From: Dehalococcoidia bacterium
GTDB lineage: Bacteria; Chloroflexota; Dehalococcoidia; UBA2979
Length of the DNA stretch: 64,000 bases
Direction: 5' to 3'
Assembly (NCBI GenBank): GCA_965248675.1
Contig: CBDFJZ010000005.1
Coordinates: 349,855 to 413,854, forward strand
Numbering within the stretch: position 1 is the stretch's first letter; each line of letters opens with the position of its first letter. Below are positions 32,787 through 42,024 of the stretch, in pieces. A model generated the notes under the pieces. It was not told the DNA's origin. It made no database searches and was given only the letters and a program-made list of their open reading frames with translations. Position numbers and translations under genes: made by a program.

Positions 32787-33664
32787 TCCTGATCGTCGCG
32801 CTGCTGACGAAGGAACCGCTCGAGTTCGTCGACCATCGACTCGGCGTCCGGGAGCTCCTCGGTGGCGGCCGGTTCCTCGGAGTCGTCGCCCAGCTCGTCC
32901 TGGACGCGGCGCGCGTACTCCGCGGCCTCGGGGTTCTGCTCCAGGTCGGCCGAGACCTGCGCGTCGAAGCGCGCGGCGAACACCTCGAGGTCGTGCAGCG
33001 ACAGCTCGAGGTGGAACGCGGAGTTGAGCCGCTGCAGGATCGCGAGCGCCCCCTTCGGGTTCGGGGAGCGCTGGATGTAGAACGGGATGTTCGCCCACAG
33101 CGACGCCGTCTCGATCCCGGCGTCGCGCAACTCGCGACTGAGCACGCCGACGATCCCGGTCGGACCCTGGTAGGTCGAGGTGGTGGGCTCGTCGAATCCG
33201 AGTTCACGCGCCAGCTCCGGGTCGGTCGCCGATCCACCGACGCGCACCGCACTCGAGTGGCTGACCTCGGCGAGCAGCCCGCCGAGCGTGACGAAGCCGG
33301 ATACCTCGTACTGACGGCAGACGTCGACGATGTTGGCGACGAAGCGCCGCCAGTTCACGTGCGGCTCGATGCCGCTCAGCAGGATGATGTCGCGCTCGCG
33401 GTCCTCGAGCCGGTGCCCGGCGAACTCGTTGGCTGGCCATTCCAGCACCCGGTCGCCCTTTTCGAGGCGGACGTGCGGCCGCGCCTGGGTGAAGTCGTAG
33501 AACTCCTCGGGATCGATGTCGGCAAAGGGCTCGGCGCGCCAGCGCCGGCGAATGAAGCGCACGGCGCTCGTCGCTGCCTCGCCGGCGTCGTTCCACCCGG
33601 CAAAGCCGGCGATCAGGAGCGGGCGACGCAGCTCCGGCTCGTCGTGGACGCGCAGGTCTGACAT
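32783..33664 (-). CDS. PAC2 (proteasome assembly chaperone) family protein
   Basis: GFAGWNDAG.AA, EEFYDF...RP, GIEP..W, YQGPTGIVG, WANIPFY..PNPK. Confidence 0.9.
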   Translation of the reverse strand: MSDLRVHDEPELRRPLLIAGFAGWNDAGEAATSAVRFIRRRWRAEPFADIDPEEFYDFTQARPHVRLEKGDRVLEWPANEFAGHRLEDRERDIILLSGIEPHVNWRRFVANIVDVCRQYEVSGFVTLGGLLAEVSHSSAVRVGGSATDPELARELGFDEPTTSTYQGPTGIVGVLSRELRDAGIETASLWANIPFYIQRSPNPKGALAILQRLNSAFHLELSLHDLEVFAARFDAQVSADLEQNPEAAEYARRVQDELGDDSEEPAATEELPDAESMVDELERFLRQQRDDQD

Positions 33665-33994
33665 ACCGACAGCATAGGGGGGCTTCGCCCCTCTTTGGAC
33701 CCCCGGGTCAGCCCTCGAGGCGTCTCTCAAGTCCTCGACAGCTGACTGGCCGGCCCGAGCGGCCCGTTTCGCTGCGTCCTGAGCTTCACCGGCCTTCGAT
33801 GAAGGCGTAGGGCGGCCGGCGTCGCTCTCGACCTGAATTCGGACTTGCATGACTCGGGCTGATGACGTGCGCTGTCGATCCTGTACCGTTCGTTCGTCTA
33901 CCTGATGCGGGGATGCCATGAGCGGTGCGTTGCGCGCCAATCATGCGGTCCCCTGCGCCAAAAGATGTACCGAATGGTGAGAGAGGAAGACGTA

Positions 33995-34312
33995 ATGGCG
34001 AATTACTTGCTCGTGTACCACGGCGGCGGGATGCCCGAGGGCGAGACCGAGCAGCAGCAGGTGATGGCGGCCTGGGGGAGCTGGTTCGGCGACCTCGGAG
34101 CGGCGGTGGTCGACGGCGGGAACCCCGTGGGCGCGACCTCCACGATCGCCAGCGACGGCTCGACGAGCGACGGCGGCGGCGCGAATCCGGCCGCCGGCTA
34201 CAGCGTGATCCAGGCGGACAGTCTGGCCGCGGCGACCGAGCTGGCGAAGGGTTGCCCGGTGCTCACCTCGGGTGGCAGCGTCGAGGTGGCCGAGACCTTC
34301 AACGCGATGTAG
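33995..34312 (+). CDS. YciI/DGPF-like protein
   Basis: MANYLLVYHGG..MAAWGSWF..VDGGNP..GYSVIQA..KGCP; GAGGA RBS. Confidence 0.8.
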   Translation: MANYLLVYHGGGMPEGETEQQQVMAAWGSWFGDLGAAVVDGGNPVGATSTIASDGSTSDGGGANPAAGYSVIQADSLAAATELAKGCPVLTSGGSVEVAETFNAM

Positions 34313-34392
34313 TTCGCGCCTCGCGCGACGAATGCGGCGGCGCCTCCCCGCGGGGCGCCGCTTCGCGTGCAAAGCGAATCCGATTGCTCTCC

Positions 34393-34809
34393 CTAGAGGT
34401 GCTCGAGACGTCCCGAGAAGCGGAGGCTTCGGCGGCGTGGCCAGCGCCGATCCGTGGTGACCAGCGTGTCGGCCTCGAGAACCTGGGCGGTGGCAACCAC
34501 CAGCGCGTCGGGGAGGCGGAGGCGTCCGCCCAGCCGTGCGCGCAGCCGCGCTGCCGCTTCGGCCATCTCGTCGTCGAGTGGCACGACATTGATCGGGAAC
34601 CGATCGACGAACGAACGCACTGCCTGAACGGCGTCTTCGCCGCGGCGAGCGGGCGCCACGAGGCACTCGGCGAACGCGGAAGCCGGGAGCGCCACGACTT
34701 CCACCTGTTCGCTCGCCGCGGCGAGCGCACGGCGCGCTGCCCCATGGTGAGCATCGGTCGCATCGAGGAAGCCAATCATCACGCCGGCGTCGATGACCGT
34801 CAGTCCCAC
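34393..34809 (-). CDS. PIN-domain toxin (VapC family)
   Basis: VIDAGV, D.HH, AE.LV, LRLPDALVVATA, VTTD. Confidence 0.88.
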   Translation of the reverse strand: MGLTVIDAGVMIGFLDATDAHHGAARRALAAASEQVEVVALPASAFAECLVAPARRGEDAVQAVRSFVDRFPINVVPLDDEMAEAAARLRARLGGRLRLPDALVVATAQVLEADTLVTTDRRWPRRRSLRFSGRLEHL

Positions 34810-35048
34810 TCGGCCCTCAACAGGTCGAGTTCGTCAGCTTCGTAGACGCCGCTGAGGACCCCGGCGTAGTCGGCCAGCACGTCGTCCGCGCGTTCGAGCA
34901 CGACCCGCCCGGGGCCGTCGACGCGCGCGACGACCCGCTCACCAACCTTCAGGCCCGCGGCACGCAACGCCTTCGCCGGGATCGTGATCTGATGCTTGCT
35001 GCTGATCCGGCTGCCGCGAACCGGCTTCGTCCCCTTTACTTTCCTCAT
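34800..35048 (-). CDS. AbrB/MazE-type antitoxin (VapB)
   Basis: RISSKHQITIP...AGLK.G; C-terminal LRAEWD; overlaps toxin start. Confidence 0.85.
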   Translation of the reverse strand: MRKVKGTKPVRGSRISSKHQITIPAKALRAAGLKVGERVVARVDGPGRVVLERADDVLADYAGVLSGVYEADELDLLRAEWD

Positions 35049-35142
35049 GATTGTAAAGGATAAGCGAACCACCCCCCTGGCGTACATGCGCGTGGCGCAC
35101 CCGCCTCGCGCCGATCCGGCGTCGCGGGTCGACTCCTGGAGG

Positions 35143-35502
35143 CTAGGCCGCAGCCAGCAACGCCTCGATGGCTTCGGTGACTCGCTCGCGGGTGTAGGGC
35201 TTCGCGACGAAGTCGGCGGCGCCACTAGCGATCGCGCTCATGATCGAGGACTCGTCGCGCTCTCCGCTGAGGATCGCGACGCGGGCGTCTGGGTCGATCA
35301 GACGAATCTTCTCGAGCGCCTCGATGCCATTCATGATCTGCATGTTGATGTCAAGCAGGACGGCGTCCGGGCTCGACTCTTTGTAGTGCCAGACAGCGTC
35401 AATGCCGTCTTCGCCGACGATCAGGTCGTGATCGTCTTCGAGCAGCTCCTTGAGGAGCTTCCGCATCGCGGGCGAATCGTCGACGACGAAGATCTTGGCC
35501 AT
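35143..35502 (-). CDS. Single-domain response regulator (CheY-like)
   Basis: VVDDS, PDAVLLDINM, GA.DFV.KP; GGAGG RBS. Confidence 0.88.
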   Translation of the reverse strand: MAKIFVVDDSPAMRKLLKELLEDDHDLIVGEDGIDAVWHYKESSPDAVLLDINMQIMNGIEALEKIRLIDPDARVAILSGERDESSIMSAIASGAADFVAKPYTRERVTEAIEALLAAA

Positions 35503-35705
35503 CCGTACCTCCCGAGGCATCACGCAGCATCTCGTGGATCGTCGACACCCGACGCCGATCGTCGCAGTTCGCGGCCGTCAGTTTCGGCGACCTGCGAGCG
35601 ATCCTTCTGCTCGCATGAGGCCTTGACCATGAACGCCAGTTGTCCCGACAGCAGATCGACAGATTCGAGGTCCGGGAACCGCTTGGCGCGAGTGACTCCT
35701 CGTCG

Positions 35706-36799
35706 TTACCGCTGATGCTTCGGGTCCCGGGTGCGCCGTCGCCGCCTCCCCTCGGCGCGCCATAGGCCGAGCTCGGCCTGCGCTTCGAGCGGGTCGGCGC
35801 GCCGTCGCTGGCGCGCTGCCTCGCGGAGCAGCTTGCGATAGGAGCCGAGGCGCGCCTCGGGAAGGTCGCCTGCCGCGACGGCGGCGCGTACGGCGCAGTC
35901 CGGCTCGGCGTCGTGGGCGCAGTCGGCGAAGCGGCAGCCCGTCGCGAGGCGTGCGATGTCCTCGAAGACATCATCCACCGCCTCGGCGGAAGCGACCGTC
36001 GAGAGCGCGCGGATGCCGGGCATGTCGATCACGGTCACGCCGTTGCGCAGTGGGAACAACTGTCGCGTGACGGTGGTGTGGCGCCCTCGGCCGTCGTCGG
36101 CGCGAATCGGACCGGTGTCCATCCGCTCGTCGCCGAGCAGCGCGTTGATCAGCGTCGACTTGCCGACGTCCGAGGCGCCGAAGCAAGCGAGCGTTGCGCC
36201 TGGAACGAACTCCGCGCGAAGCCGGTCGAGCCCTTCGCCGGTGACACCGGAGACCGGGATCAGCGGGCGGTCGCCTACGACCGGCTCGAGGCTGTTCCAG
36301 ATCGCGGCGACGTCGGTGACGAGGTCGAGCTTCGTGACGACCACGCCGGCGCGCGTCGCGCCGTCGGCGATCAGCAGCTCACGTTCGAGCCGCCGCGGGT
36401 TCGGGTCGATCGCCGGCTCGATCACCAGCGCGAGGTCGACGTGGTCGCCAGGAGCTGCTCCTCGACGGAGCCGGAGCTGTCCGCGCTCAGCGCCGTCGCG
36501 CGGCTGAACCGCGTCTCGCGGCGCAGGATCGCGGTGATGCGGCCCTCGCCCGCGTGCGGGTAGAGCGTGACCCAGTCGCCGACCGCCGGCGCGGCCGGCG
36601 CGAGGTCGGTGGCGACGCTCAGCACGCGATGCTCGATCGCGACCAGGCTGCGGCCGCGATCGGCGCGGATCACGCGCCCCGGAACGCCCTCGGGATCAAT
36701 GGATGCGGCTTCGGCGGCGCGGGCGGTGGACCAACCTAGATCGGCGAGCGACCAGGAGGCCTCGGAACCCGCGAGCGGGCCCGTGTGAAAGACAGACAC
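35706..36799 (-). CDS. rsgA: Ribosome small-subunit-dependent GTPase A; single-base frameshift near 36445
   Basis: OB fold PAVGDWV, EQLLA then VDL in another frame, TKLD, GASDVGKST, GRHTT, DMPG, CRFADCAH..EP.C. Confidence 0.85.
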
Positions 36800-36855
36800 G
36801 ATGAATTCACCTCGGTGAGAGGCGCCTCCGTGCCTGCGTTTCGAGGAGTCGGCGG

Positions 36856-36942
36856 TTAGCGGACCCGCACGGGAGGGCGCGGTTGGGTCGAACGGGCGTG
36901 TCGGAGCAGCACAACAGCTCCTTGTTGAACCGTGGCTTCCAT
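36856..36942 (-). CDS. Putative 28-aa leader peptide upstream of rsgA
   Basis: GGAAGGGGG-N6-ATG; MEATVQQGAVVLLRHARSTQPRPPVRVR*; below the ORF-track size cutoff. Confidence 0.5.
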   Translation of the reverse strand: MEATVQQGAVVLLRHARSTQPRPPVRVR

Positions 36943-37157
36943 CGAGGGCCCCCTTCCGCGCCGGTCGCTGCGAGGTAATCCACGCTAGCACTTGCCACCG
37001 CTCCTCGGGGCGGTGAGGTCGTCGTTCAGCGCGGCGGCGGGTTCTCACCGGCACCTCGAGCGGTGGTTCGGGGCGTGGGTGGGGTTCCCTCGGGGCTGCG
37101 TTCGCCCTCTGCGTCTGGCAGTTCAGGTCGGCTTGACACGCAGATCCGCAGCTGTGC

Positions 37158-38057
37158 CTAGTAGTGGTAGGGGAAGCGCGAGAAGTCCTGCGGCCGCTTC
37201 TCGAGAAACGCGTCGCGGCCTTCCTGTGCCTCGTCGGTCGCGTAGCCGAGGCGCGTCGCCTCGCCGGCGAAGATCTGCTGGCCGACCAGGCCGTCGTCGA
37301 TCAGGTTGAACGCGAACTTCAGCATCCGCTGGGCGGTCGGGCTCTTCGAGTTGATCACCAGCGCCCAGTCCAGCGCCGTCGACTCGAGGTCCGCATGCGG
37401 CACCGACTTGTTGATCGCGCCCCACGACTCCGCCTCGTCGGCGGAGTAGTCCGCTCCGAGGAAGAAGATCTCCCGCGCCTTCTTCTGGCCGACCTGGCGC
37501 GCGAGGTAGGCGCTCCCGAAGCCGGCGTCGAAGCTGGCGACGTCGGCGTCCGTCTGCTTGAAGACGGCGTGCTCCTTCGAGGCAAGCGTGAGGTCGCAGA
37601 CGACGTGGAGGCTGTGCCCGCCGCCGGCGGCCCAACCGGGAACGACCGCGATTACGACCTTCGGCATGAAGCGGATCAGCCGTTGCACCTCGAGGATATG
37701 CAGGCGGCCGACCTTGGCCGGGTCGATCGCCTCGGCGGTCTCGCCTTCGGCGTACTTGTAGCCATCCTTGCCGCGGATGCGCTGGTCGCCACCCGAGCAG
37801 AACGCCCAACCGCCGTCCTTCGGAGACGGGCCGTTGCCGGTCAGCAGGATGGTGCCGATCTGCGTCGACTGTCGCGCGTGATCGAGGGCGGTGTAGAGCT
37901 CGTCCACGGTGTGCGGCCGGAAGGCGTTGCGCACCTCGGGACGGTCGAACGCGATGCGGACGGTGCCCTGATCGGCTGCCTGGTGATACGTGATGTCAGT
38001 GAAGTCGAAGCCGCTCACCTCGCGCCAGCGGGCCGGATCGAAGATCTCGGAGACCAT
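37158..38057 (-). CDS. menB: 1,4-dihydroxy-2-naphthoyl-CoA synthase
   Basis: RPEVRNAFRP, FCSGGDQ, GGGHSLHVVCDLT, VASFDAGFG. Confidence 0.96.
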   Translation of the reverse strand: MVSEIFDPARWREVSGFDFTDITYHQAADQGTVRIAFDRPEVRNAFRPHTVDELYTALDHARQSTQIGTILLTGNGPSPKDGGWAFCSGGDQRIRGKDGYKYAEGETAEAIDPAKVGRLHILEVQRLIRFMPKVVIAVVPGWAAGGGHSLHVVCDLTLASKEHAVFKQTDADVASFDAGFGSAYLARQVGQKKAREIFFLGADYSADEAESWGAINKSVPHADLESTALDWALVINSKSPTAQRMLKFAFNLIDDGLVGQQIFAGEATRLGYATDEAQEGRDAFLEKRPQDFSRFPYHY

Positions 38058-38171
38058 CTGCGTCCTCCTCGACGGACGGGTCGTGCCGAGGGCACTGTCA
38101 GCACTGTATCTGCGACGCCGCTCAGCGACACTGTGCGCTGGGCGGACGGACCCGCGATCAGGGAGGCTGCG

Positions 38172-38837
38172 ATGGAACTGTACGAGGTGATGCGGATGAC
38201 CTTCTCCGCGCGCGAGTTCACCGACGACCCGGTGCCGGACGAGCTGCTGCACCGCATCCTCGAGCACGCACGCTTCGCCTCCACTGGCGGCAACCGCCAG
38301 GGCGCCCACGTGATCGTCGTTCGCGAGGCGGCGACGAAGGCAGCGATCGCCGAACTGGCGGTCGAGCCGGCGAAACGTTACGTCGCGCAGCGCGCAAACG
38401 GCGAGAGCCCATGGAACCCGCTCGCCCCGCCGCAAGTCAGCGCCGAGGAGATCGAACGCACGACTCGCATTGGCGCGCTCAGCTCGACCTACGAGCGGGC
38501 GCCTGTGCTGCTGGTCGTGTGCGTCGACCTCGGGGTGGTGGCCGCCACCGATCAGCACCTCGAACAGGTGGGGGTGATCAGCGGCGCGTCGATCTACCCG
38601 CTGGTGTGGAACATCCTGCTGGCCGCACGCAGCGAGGGCTACGGCGGCACGCTCACGACGATGCCGATCGCGCAGGAGCCGAAGCTCCAGACACTCCTCG
38701 GCATCCCGGAGCAGGTCGCGGTCGCCGCCGTGATCCCGTTCGGCAAGCCAGTGAAGCAGCTGACGAAGCTCTCGCGCCGCCCAGTCGAGGAGTTCACCCA
38801 CCTCGAAACGTGGAATGGCGGCCCGCTGACGGTGTAG
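38172..38837 (+). CDS. Nitroreductase family protein
   Basis: R...S.REF...PV, AS.GGNRQ, ASIYP.V.N.LLAA. Confidence 0.9.
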   Translation: MELYEVMRMTFSAREFTDDPVPDELLHRILEHARFASTGGNRQGAHVIVVREAATKAAIAELAVEPAKRYVAQRANGESPWNPLAPPQVSAEEIERTTRIGALSSTYERAPVLLVVCVDLGVVAATDQHLEQVGVISGASIYPLVWNILLAARSEGYGGTLTTMPIAQEPKLQTLLGIPEQVAVAAVIPFGKPVKQLTKLSRRPVEEFTHLETWNGGPLTV

Positions 38838-38840
38838 CCG

Positions 38841-40389
38841 TTAGTCCTCGGGCAGCCCAACCGTGAGCGAGAAGACGCCCGACTGCATGTCGGACAGGAA
38901 CAGGCGGTCACCCTCCAGGCGCACGCCCCACGCGCCCTGGAACAGGGCGCGCTCCTGGCCCGGAGAGACGGTGTCGTAGTGGGCCACCTCGATCGGGTCG
39001 CTGGGGTCGCTCAGGTCGACCACGCGCAGGCCATCGAGGTAGTACGCGATGTACCCGATGCCGTCGCGTACCTCGACGTTGTGGATCGAGATGCCTGCTC
39101 GTGACTGGTAGCGACCAACGGCCACCGGGGCCGCGAGCTCGGTGACGTCGAGGATCGTCAGGCCCTGGTCGTAACCCTCGCCGCCGTGAGCGTAGTAGTG
39201 GCGGCCACCCTGCTCGAACGGCCAGCCTGCGTGGCTATGCACCCCGTCGAGGTCCCACGCGCCAAGCTCGACGATCGCGCCCGGATCCGTGGTATCGAGG
39301 ATCCGCAGGCCAGCGTTCCAGTAGTTGAGGTAGGCGATCTCGCGTCCGTCGCGGATCACGACGTGTACGTCGTGCGGGAAGGAGTCTTCATCGACCGGGT
39401 TCTCTACAGCGTAGCGTCCGACCTCGATCGGAGCGGCCGGGTTGGAGACGTCGATGAGTCGCAGGTCACCGGCGCCGCCCAACTGGTTGATCAGGAACAG
39501 CAGGTCGCGTTTTGGGGGCGAGGAAGATGTTGTGGATGTTCCAGACGGCCTCGGGCGACTCGTTGAGCGCGTCCATCACGAACTGGCCAGCGAACTCGGG
39601 CTGAGTGGCGTCGGTGATGTCGTAGATCAGGACGCCACCAGGCACGGTCGCGACGTAGAGCAGGCCGCCGCGGCTCTTGACGTCGAGCGCAGCCGCCGGG
39701 CGGCCGCTGAGGCCAAGGACCGCATTGATGTCGATCATCGAGATGCGCTCGCCCGTCCCCGCGGAGAGCAGTTCGATGTGGCCGCTGAAGTGCGGAGCGA
39801 AGACGAGGCCGCTCTCGCTCCAGATGTCCGTGTTGCCGCCCAGGGCCGGATCACGGGAGCGCCAGTTGCGGACGACGTGGAGTGCCACGTCCTCGTCCGT
39901 GGTCACGATGCGGTGCATTACCCCGGACGCCATGAGGGCCGGCTCACGGCTGCCGTCGATCAGCTCGAACGGCATCGCTTCGCCGGCATCCCGGGGGACA
40001 TCGATCGACACGGTAAGGTCGGGGACCAGACCGTCGCACTGCTCGAGGTGCCAGCCGTCGGCGGTTGGCTCCGGCGTGCAGCGCAGTTCGAGCGAGCCGA
40101 GCTCGAGCGTCCAGGGGTCGGTGTCCGGGTCGCGCCCCGCCCGGATGCGAACCGACAGCGGAAAGATGCCGAGGTTACCGGCCCAGAAGGAGCGCCCGAG
40201 TTCAGCGGTCAGTTCTGGGCCGGCCGGTGTCGGCTCCGGCGTTGGCGAGGGTGTCGGCGACGCGGTGGCGATGGCCGTCGCCGTCGAGGTCGGCGGCGCA
40301 GCGTCGCCGAGGCTGTTCGATGAGGCGCTTCCGCAGGCGGATTCGAGGATCGCGAACGCAAACAGCACCAGGCCGATCCGGATCGGCAT
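38841..40389 (-). CDS. LVIVD-repeat (beta-propeller) lipoprotein; frameshift near 39510
   Basis: Lipobox-like LESAC, PT-rich linker, repeats LIDVSNP / ILDTTDP / ILDVTE / VVDLSDP; break in a C5A4 run. Confidence 0.75.
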
Positions 40390-40517
40390 CTCATCCTCGT
40401 TCCGCGTGTCTTACCGGTTCCTCCCCCGATTATCGGCGCGCGTTCGTCCCTCCTGAGGCCGCTTATGTGCCCGGAGCGTCGCGGTGCGAGGATGGACGGA
40501 CAGCGCAGGAGGCAGCG

Positions 40518-41495
40518 ATGGGCGTCGAGTACACCGAGCATGGCGGCAACCTCGGGCCGCCCGACGGCCGCGACGTCCCCCGTTTCATGGCGCCCGCGAC
40601 CTTCGCAAGGCTGCCCGGGCCGTCCGAGGTCGAGTCGTGGGACGTCAGCGTCGTCGGGGTGCCCTTTGACGCCGGCACCTCGTACCGGCCGGGTGCCCGT
40701 TTCGGACCGGCCGCGATCCGCGCGGGCTCGAAGCTGCTCAGGCCGCACCATCCCGCCCTGCACGTGCAGCCATTCGCCGACCAGCAGGTCGTCGACGCCG
40801 GCGACATCACCGCCAGCCCCTACTCGATCGAGGACGCGATCGGCCAAATCGAGCGCGGCGCGGGCGAGTTACTCGAGGTAGCGCCAAGGATCGTGTCGCT
40901 CGGCGGCGACCACACGATCGCGCTGCCCCTGTTGCGCGCGATCAATCGGAAGCACGGGCCCATCGCCCTCGTGCATTTCGATGCCCACCTCGATACCTGG
41001 GACACCTACATGTCGGCGCCGTATACGCACGGCACGCCGTTCCGGCGCGCGGCGGAGGAGGGGCTGTTCGTCGAGGACCACTCGATGCACGTCGGCATCC
41101 GTGGCTCGCTCTACGGCGCGGACGACCTCACGGAGGACGCGGCGCTCGGCTTCGCCGTCGTGGGTACGTGGGAGATCGAGGTGCTCGGGATCACCGGGAT
41201 CGTCGCGCACATCCGCGAACGAGTCGGCGAACACCCGCTCTACCTCTCGATCGACATCGACGTGCTCGATCCGGCGTACGCGCCCGGCACCGGCACGCCC
41301 GAGATCGGCGGCTTCAGCTCGCGCGAGCTGGCGGGCATCCTCCGTGGCCTCGCCGGGCTCGAGGTGGTCGGAGCGGACATCGTGGAGGTGTCGCCGGCGT
41401 ACGACCACGCCGAGGTGACGGCGATCGCCGCGGCGAACATGGCGTACGAGATCCTGGCGCTCATGGCCTCGCGGGCTGTGGCGGCGGGCAGCTAG
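40518..41495 (+). CDS. speB: Agmatinase / ureohydrolase
   Basis: RPGARFGP, LGGDH, HFDAHLD, HGT, SIDID.LDP..APGTG. Confidence 0.92.
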   Translation: MGVEYTEHGGNLGPPDGRDVPRFMAPATFARLPGPSEVESWDVSVVGVPFDAGTSYRPGARFGPAAIRAGSKLLRPHHPALHVQPFADQQVVDAGDITASPYSIEDAIGQIERGAGELLEVAPRIVSLGGDHTIALPLLRAINRKHGPIALVHFDAHLDTWDTYMSAPYTHGTPFRRAAEEGLFVEDHSMHVGIRGSLYGADDLTEDAALGFAVVGTWEIEVLGITGIVAHIRERVGEHPLYLSIDIDVLDPAYAPGTGTPEIGGFSSRELAGILRGLAGLEVVGADIVEVSPAYDHAEVTAIAAANMAYEILALMASRAVAAGS

Positions 41496-41971
41496 CGCCG
41501 GGCGAGCACGTCCCGCGTCAGTTGCAGATGTCCGAGGTGCTCTCCGGCGTGCCGCACGGAGGACACGATCGCCTCGCGCCGGCTCACCTCGCGGGTGGGC
41601 GCCGCGCCGAACAGGGACTGCTCGGGCACGGTCAGCTGATCGAAGATCGCCGGGTCGGCCGAGCGCATCGCGTCGACGATGTCGTCAGCGAGGGCGCGCA
41701 ACGCCCCAGCGAGTTCGGTCGCCGATACCCCCGCCGTCGCGAACTCCGCGGCGCGATCGCGCTCCACGTCGAGCGCGCACCCCACGCCGAGCACATACGC
41801 GCGCAGGGCTCCAACGACGTGCGTGGCTAGCTCGGCGGCGCTACTGGCGTCGTCGTGCAGGTGAGTGTCGAGGTCGGCCGCCGGCATTCCGTCGACTGTG
41901 TCTGCGATCGCCTCGAGCGAGCCGCGAAGTAGCGCGGCGTAGATAGGGGCCTCTCCGGTCAGCGGGCTCAT
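41492..41971 (-). CDS. DinB/DUF664-like metalloprotein
   Basis: ELATHV, RDRAAEF, H..EH.GH. Confidence 0.8.
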   Translation of the reverse strand: MSPLTGEAPIYAALLRGSLEAIADTVDGMPAADLDTHLHDDASSAAELATHVVGALRAYVLGVGCALDVERDRAAEFATAGVSATELAGALRALADDIVDAMRSADPAIFDQLTVPEQSLFGAAPTREVSRREAIVSSVRHAGEHLGHLQLTRDVLARR

Positions 41972-42024
41972 CGGGTGCCTCCTCGCTTCGTCGTCAGTTC
42001 GCTTCGTAGACGACCCCGCGAACG

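Noticed and set aside
40390-40517. Guanidine riboswitch upstream of speB
   Set aside because: No twin ACGR hairpins or ykkC consensus recognisable
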